Shown one piece after another: positions 25,601 to 64,000 of a stretch of 64,000 nucleotides of DNA (positions are counted from its first letter, which is position 1; the number at the start of each line of letters is the position of its first letter). Under the pieces are notes generated by a model. The model was not told the DNA's origin and made no database searches. It saw nothing but the letters and a program-made list of their open reading frames with translations. This DNA comes from Podarcis cretensis (taxonomy: Eukaryota): positions 74,524,001 through 74,588,000 of the forward strand of contig OX638153.1 of assembly GCA_951804945.1 (NCBI GenBank), written 5' to 3'. Made by a program: the position numbers and the translations under genes.

Positions 25601-25696
25601 CTCGAAAAATCCTTGAAGGCAATCTGGAACCGGCCAACGCCTACCACGGGAATGTCGTTTCCCTGGTAGTCTCTCAGGTGTACGCGGTGAGAGTCG
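22624..25696 (-). CDS. Gypsy pol reading frame (partial protease, RT, RNase H, integrase), no stops
   Basis: RT LDLAQAY...YFDD; RNase H CDAS.FGIGAVL; IN H-H-C-C (LHVGHPG...CQAC) and D,D35E (HIDVAGP, SDNGPQF, SNGQAER); domain order PR-RT-RH-IN. Confidence 0.9.
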
Positions 25697-25957
25697 AGTT
25701 GTGGGTTGACATAGCAGACGACACAGCGATTTCTCCAAGTAGCTCTTTATTTTGTAAGCTGGAATAGAACTGACTGCAAACAGCTCAGCCGGCCTGCTTT
25801 TATAGGCAGCCGTCTGTCAACATTGTAGCAACAACAGCCCAGCGTTTCCCGCCTAAAATAACTGACGTGGACCTGAGTGAAAACTATCTACAGACCTGAG
25901 TGAAAACTATATACAGTATCCCCCTGCTGGCCCAGGGTGAAACTTCACTACATAACA
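25697..25957 (-). repeat. 5' LTR of gypsy element, lacking its last 5 nt
   Basis: Near-identical to 22265-22525; joins directly onto protease-coding sequence. Confidence 0.93.
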
Positions 25958-27210
25958 CATAGTGTTATATGATCATTGCTTAAAAATTGTTACAAATAGA
26001 TCTAATATTATTTAGACAAAAAATTATATTTGCTGTTTGGATTGTTACCTGTATAATGCTTACTAACATTTGCACACACTCCCAAAAATAATACTCAGGG
26101 GAAAACGAAGGCAAGCTGCTCAGCCGAACAACCCCATATACTTCCTCAATTATTATTATTTTTTTTAATGGGAGGGGCAGGTGGCCTTGGGTACCAAGTG
26201 GGGTGTCAGAGGGTGCCTTGCAGCCCATGGGTCCCCTGTTGGGCATCCCAGGCCTAGACAAACAGAAAAGTTTTAGTCTGCCAGTTTAAAGTTCCTCAAG
26301 CTGGGTGCCTAAGGAACAATTTTGGGAGAACAGTCCAGAATTAGGGGTGCCACCACAAAAAAGCCCTTTCCCCATTCACTACCTGCCTAAAGTTCAGTGT
26401 TGGGTCATCCGGAAAAGGGTCTCTAATAACAACTTTAACAATTAAATTAACCTGGTGGTTGTTTTGTTTTGTTTTTCTATAGATAAACTGATTGAGATCA
26501 TCATCGACGCTATTCACCATTTGTGTTCAGTTTGGTGTCTGCAGTAGACAATGAGCCATGTGCATATTAACATTGCTATTTTTGTTTTATTTTGTTTGCA
26601 TAAAGGGAAGGAAAAGAATAATATTGTTGGGAGGCAACTATTGGTTCATATTATGCAGCTTGCCTGTACTTTCTCCTCCACCCCATTGTGTACATAAAGC
26701 ATCACTGCCAGTGGTCTGTCCAGTTTTCTCTTGCAATAAAAGCTCCCAAAGTATCCTAGAGCTAATCTTTCTGTTCCATAGCTTTTGGCAGTTAAGGGCC
26801 AGGCTAGATGTGATATTATATTAATTGCATAAATTACCATGCTTTAAAAAATGTAAATGGCTGATACAATAGGATTGGGGCAGTTATATGTGATCCTGCT
26901 TTCAATGGTCCCTGTGAAAGTTTTGGGGCAGTCATGCTGCCTTGTTTTACATCAGCAAATGTCTTTTAACTTCCTGCTGTAACTTTTCATGCCACAAAAG
27001 TTCCAGATCTCTGCCCCCCACTCCTGCCTTTGTTGTACAGTAGTGCAAGAGTGCCCCTCTTGGTCGCAATAATTCAAAAACATTGAGTAAGCATTGCAGA
27101 GTAACTAAAAAAGTGGAGTTATATGTGGGAGAGTCTGGAATAAATCTGCTATTTATGCACCATTATTTATCAAGGACATGTTGCAGTAGTCACTGACCTT
27201 GATTTTACAC

Positions 27211-27441
27211 CAGGGGTGCCCAAACTTTTTTTTAAAAGGGCCAGATTTGATGAAGTGAACATTGTTGTTGTTGAGCTTTTTTTTTATACAATTGTACCCC
27301 AAAGTTGCTGAGCTTTTCTTAGGATTGAAGTTGTTGACCTTTTTTGGGGATTTTACCCCAGGAAATAAACTGCTACAGGGGCCAGATTAAACCAACCAGC
27401 GGGCCGGATTAGGCCCCCAAAATGGACTTTAGACATGCCTG
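27211..27441. mobile_element. hAT-type MITE
   Basis: CAGGGG...GCCTG ends, 8-bp TSD TTTTACAC. Confidence 0.85.
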
Positions 27442-28013
27442 TTTTACACCATCTGCTGTATTTATTCATCTACCTGGTGAAAGCCTTTCTTGCACTATTT
27501 TAAGAGACACAAAAGTGTCATATTAAAAGATATGTTGGGAAATATAGATTGCTTTCTTGTTGTTGGTTTGTAATGAGCTTCACCAGCGTATGAAATAGCA
27601 GATTGTAGGCTACTTTGCAGTTTAACATACGCATCTTTATCTTGCTCATCGTTCATGATGGAAATTATGCCTGGTACGGTGAAAGTCAATGGAGAAAAAC
27701 TTTTGTCCCTTCCCTATACACCGTGTATAGTTAAACTGGCATTCACTCCTGCAAGAGGCAGCAATGGCCACCAACCTGTATGGCTTTAAGAGAGAATAAG
27801 GAGGATCAGGCTCTCATTGGCTGCTAAACATGATGGATGTGCTCCACCTCTTCTGTCAGAAGCAGCAAATGAGAGAGCTGTTGTGCCCATGTCCCACTTG
27901 TTGTTGACCTCTGAGAGGACAGGACACTGGCCTGATTCAGCAGGCTCTTCTTATGTTCTTTTTGAGGTCAGATTGGCACACTTGAGTGTGGGTTACCCCA
28001 CTTTATTCTCATA

Positions 28014-28382
28014 AGGTAAAGGACCCCTGGACAGTTGGAAGTCTAGTCAAAGGCGATTATGGGGTGTGGTGCTCATCTCGCTTTCAGGCCGAGGGAGCCG
28101 GCATTTGTCCACACAGCTTTCCGGGTCATGTGGCCAGCATGCCTAAACTGCTTCTGGTGCAATGGAACACTGTGATGGAAGCCACAGCGCATGGAAATGC
28201 CATTTACCTTCCTGCCACAGCGGTACCTATTTATCTACCTGCACTGGTGTGCTTTCAGACTACTAGGTTGGCAGGAGCTGGGACAGAGCAATGGAAGCTC
28301 ACTCCATTGTAAGGATTCGAACCGCCGACCTTCTGATCAGCAAACCCAAGAGGTTCAGTGGTCTAGACCACAGCACCACCCC
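28014..28382 (-). mobile_element. Sauria SINE (Squam1)
   Basis: tRNA-like head, ACCTTT-type tail, TSD TTCTCATA. Confidence 0.88.
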
Positions 28383-29172
28383 TTCTCATAGTAACCCTGG
28401 GATAGGCTTGGTTGAGTCAGTGAGTAGCCTAAGGTGCGACTGTGAACATTATGGCTATTCACGGGTGTGAGCCCAGGCTCCCAAGCCAAAGTCCAACGTG
28501 CTGATCGCTGTGTGGCCCTTTGCCAACTTACTGTTCTGTAACTCAGCTGCAATTTAGTCTGCTCTTAGGAGTGGTGTAATATATCTTGGATCAGCACAGT
28601 TGCTGCATTTTTCAGGAAGCTGCCTTATGTTGAGTCAGACCACTGGTCTATCTAGCATATTATTGTCTACGCTAACTGGCAGAGGGTCTCTAGGGCTTCA
28701 GGTAGGGAACATTCCTGGTCCTACCTGGACATGCTGGAGGCTGAATCTGGGGCCTTCTACATGCAAGGCAGAAGCTGTACCACTGAGCCATGACCCTTCC
28801 CTGTTTTTTTGGACTGTCTGTGGGGTCATGGCTATAGGGGCTGTCATGATGAGCTCCTGCACTGCTAAATTGCCACTACACCACTGCGTCTGTCATCATT
28901 CAGGAGACATTCATTGGGCCAGCTGTTGTTACTGATAAAGTTGTATCTGCATGGTGAGAACTATGGGAATAAAGCATGTACTGACCCTGGTTTGGTAGTG
29001 GTGTCTAGGTACTCAAAATAGCATAGGTTGGAAATACTAATTGATATAATATTAATTACAGAATACTTTTACAGTACTGCACAGTGCCATTGCTCAGTTG
29101 CTTGTGTCTTTGTTACATGCATTGTTGATTATCCTTAGGAATAAAGAACTGAAAACAACTGGAAATCAAGAG

Positions 29173-60595
<31,423 letters not shown>

Positions 60596-62500
60596 AGAAG
60601 ATTTTTTTACAAATGTTTTCTGCCATGATATACACAATGAATGCCTCATTGTTTACAGACTAATGGAATTTAGTAGCTGTAAAACAGAGATAATTTATAT
60701 AAACCAATGTGGAGATGTATAGAGAGACTATTTAATATAAGAATTGTTTATATTTAAGGTTTCATCTGAAAAGTTTTATATATCAGTAATTTGTGAGCTA
60801 ATGTAATGCAGTAATCACCAATAAGATTACAATGTTATATAGCCTTTTTAAATGAATATGATACATGCTGTTTTCATAGTGCACAAATTATCAAGATTTT
60901 AAAGTGCTATTTTAGGAACTGCTGTGAAATTAAGTTTTTATGTCAGTGTGTTATTAACGCGTAGTCTGCACATGAAAGACCTTGAAAGTCCTTGCCTTAT
61001 TATAAGGGACTACCCAAACTCCTGTTGGAATTTGGGCTGCAAATTAAAAGCTTCTGATCATAAGGATTCTTTCTAGGGAGTAATTTTCATTGCACTGAAT
61101 GGGACTGACTTCTAAGTAAAAACTCTGAGGTTCTGAGTACTAATTGATTTAGGCTACAATCCTAAAGTCCCATTGAATTATTTGGGGCTTACTTCTGAGT
61201 AGACATGGTTAGGCTTGCACTGTTAGTAGAGCAATCAACAAAAGTTCTAGTTGATTAATTGATGTACATTTTAATTGTTGTGGGTGAATTTAATTTGCTG
61301 GAGTTGCAAGGTAAGATCTTGGGAAAGGGGGAAGGGTTAGGCTGTTCTGGTTCTTATGTATCACTATACTTGGAAATTAAAAATACTAAACAATGAAGGC
61401 AGCTGTAGCTATAACATCCTGTTCCTTGGCCTTCATTAAAATACAAAGGATGAGATGTGAGACTGGGACGTCCCTTATCAAAATCCGTCCCCTCTCCTGC
61501 ACAGTCTCCCTTCACTCGTCCTCTGCAGGTCTATGCCATGGTTAACAATTATATGAGAACCTCCTTTGTTAAACATGATTAATACTAACCAGAGTTTGCA
61601 GTTAATTAGAATTTAGAAATCAAGAATTGGAAGCTGGCTTCATAAAGAGACCAATGCTGATTGTAGGCCTTAATCATGGTTTTGACTGGTGAGAGAAGGA
61701 TGAGGGGAATTTGCTGTGGAATCAGCCCTTCTCTAATCCCTTAAATTTGATCAAATAATGAGACCCAATACATGTACAGTGGTCCCTGAGCAGTAGTTTT
61801 TGTGTATCAAAACTTCAGTATTTAAAAGACATCTGTATTAATGTTAGTGTAGCATGCAGGTTCAGTTAAATTTAGGGAACAGTCAACAACCCTATACCCA
61901 GGGCTTTTTCTCAGCCGGAACTTACTGGAACTTAGTTCCGGCACCTCTCAGGTGGGCACCGTTGCCATTATAAGAGAACAAGGGGTGAGTTCATGGTGAG
62001 TTCTGGCACCTCTTTTTCTAGAAAAATAGCACTGCCTATACCCTTTTTACAATATGGGGAAGATAAACTGATATAGAGTTATCATGGTGTAGTGGTGGCA
62101 TTTCTGCCATATCCTGTAGCTCCTTAACCATTGCATCTTGATTATAGCATTGCACCCTTAGTCAATTTGATTAGTAGAAAGTGTAGCTGGTTAGAGCAAA
62201 TTTTAAAAATAAAATTGATTTGCAAACGTAGTATTGAAGATGGAACTTGCTGTTTATTTAAATGAGTTGCATTGCAGGAGATTGTATTAGATGACCCTTG
62301 GGGTCCCTTCCAATTCTACAGTTCTATGATTCTATGTTTTAAAACTGAACATCCCCTCTTGTCAATATTGTTCTGTAGAAATGCTTGTAATATGAAACAA
62401 CTTCAACATATTTTTTAAAGTAATTTGTTAAAGAAAAATTAACAATTGGTTGTGGTTTGTGGCATTGAATAAAACTAAGCACAAGTATAACAAGGACAAT
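60596..62500 (+). other. PLS1: Probable PLS1 3'UTR; candidate AATAAA at 62208 and 62468
   Basis: AT-rich sequence after the stop; the true end is not determinable without transcripts. Confidence 0.45.
61899..62034. mobile_element. hAT-type MITE in probable PLS1 3'UTR
   Basis: CAGGGCT...AGCACTG ends, 8-bp TSD CCTATACC. Confidence 0.85.
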
Positions 62501-64000
62501 AAGCAAAATGAAAATTATGTACGTAGTAAGGCTTTCAATGAGAAAATATCCAAGCTAAAATGTTATATTAAGAAGCAATAAAGAGAGATGACAGGTCCAG
62601 TTTGAGGCCTCTCTTTACATGTGATGAGCTTTCTTATAAATGTTTTTAATATGTGTGCACTTCCTATTGCTGATTTCTCATAGGAAAGTTGCATTAACTT
62701 GGCTCCTTATTGCAGACTATTGGTAAAAAGATTCACACTTATTTGGGCACGTTCACACCATACATTTAAAGCACTGTGATACCATTTTAGATAGTTATGG
62801 CTTCCCTCAAAGAATTCTGCAAGCTGTAGCTTAAGGGCGCTGAGAGTTGTTAGGAGATGCGATAGATAACTACAGTTGTTTCAAAGTGTGGCTGGCTTTG
62901 TCATCCAAGAGGCAAAACCTTTGAGGCAGTTTACTGTAGGCACATACCACATTCCTGGCTCATAAAGAATTGGTCATTCATATTCAAGGAGTGTAGGACT
63001 GTATCTGAACATTTAGCCATACAAACCAGTGTTAGCTTAATGTAAAGGAGCATGTTATGATGGGTTGCATATGACAAATCTCCCATATATTTAAAAGCCA
63101 TATAGCCAGCAAGGTATACGCTATAGTCTCCTGTAGAAGCCCTTAGTCTAGTGAGGCCACATCAGCACCGTATATTTTTTAACCACTTTTAACAGTCATG
63201 TCTTACCCAAAGAATCCTAGAAAACATAGTTAAGGGTGCTGACAGTTGTTAGGAAACTCCTGCTCCCACCACAGAGCCACAATTCACAGTGGTTTAACCC
63301 AATCCCTGTTCACAGTGAATTATGGGAATTGTAGCTCTGTGAGGAGAGTAGGGGTCTTCTAACAACTCAGCACCTTGAACAAACTACAGTTCCCAGCCCC
63401 CAGTTTCCCTCTGCCTCTTCCTCTCCTTGTTGTCCAATACCAGCATCCATTGAAAACGGATGGGATTTTCTCCTGTGGTCAGCATGGAAGGAGGAGGCAC
63501 CAGCAGCCATGGGCAAATAGCAAGGACAGACTGGAACCGCTTCCTCAAACTTAAAAACTGGGGGAAAGGGAGCATCCCACATTCTGTGCACAAGGCTTAA
63601 TCCTCAGCATTGCCAGTTGAGAGGACCACAGATAGAGGGGTCTGGAAAGATCACATTGTGAATACTGTATGTGGAGCAGGAAAAAGGGAGGAAAGCTGGG
63701 AGGCAAGTATCTCCTCACCCTTTTGGTGTTTTCTTGGGAGAAGGGATTCAAACCCAGGTCATCAGAGCTCACACACTGAACCACATTTCACTGAGGTTCT
63801 TTTTCTAAAAAAAACCCCATAGGCTGCAAAATGGCTTGGGCCAACCTGGCAAGTTACTTCTCCTGCAATTGATAACAAGCTTCAAATGCCTGCACTTAAG
63901 CATGTTCAAGGTTAAGTTTCTAGAAAACAGAACCAGTGGGACGAGTGTTGGACCTAGGAGGCTAGGGTTCAAATCCCCACTCGGGCAGGAAGCTCACTGG

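Larger units (their letters stand above)
22260..25957 (-). mobile_element. Ty3/gypsy LTR retrotransposon (Mag-like), young, internally deleted (no PBS/gag)
   Basis: LTRs at 22260-22525 and 25697-25957 differ at 2 of 261 nt; TGTTA...TAACA termini; 5-bp TSD CATAG (22255-22259, 25958-25962); PPT GGGGAGGGG (22526-22534); pol ORF between the LTRs. Confidence 0.95.

Noticed and set aside
22624-25647. Domesticated gypsy-derived host gene
   Set aside because: It is flanked by near-identical LTRs and a TSD, has no suitable AUG and shows CpG-type substitutions; recent insertion explains the open frame.

Overview
This is vertebrate genomic DNA from a squamate reptile, probably a lizard. That assignment is inferred from Sauria/Squam-type SINEs, BovB and lizard-type MITEs. 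The window holds the conserved head-to-head ATR-PLS1 locus. On the - strand are ATR coding exons 1-4 (ATG at 3860; the gene runs off the left edge). On the + strand is a complete plastin-1 (PLS1/I-plastin) gene with 15 coding exons from 29173 to 60595, all with GT-AG junctions, giving 1893 nt and 630 aa; its probable non-coding first exon lies in a CpG-rich patch near 6.6-6.8 kb. The introns are rich in transposons. They include a young antisense Ty3/gypsy element with near-identical LTRs and an uninterrupted RT-RNaseH-IN frame but no PBS, gag or protease N-terminus. Also present are two solo LTRs, an old decayed gypsy pol, a 5'-truncated LINE with an open ORF2 C-terminus, BovB/L2/CR1 fragments, SINEs, and many hAT- and Tigger-like MITEs with readable target-site duplications (TSDs). 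There is one 135-N assembly gap. I found no convincing novel multi-gene system. The best leads are the logic of the gypsy deletion, a recursive-splice-site signature in the long PLS1 5' intron, a stuttered target-site ladder at a BovB 5' junction, and candidate alternative poly(A) signals. All coordinates were read by eye and comparisons to human proteins are from memory.
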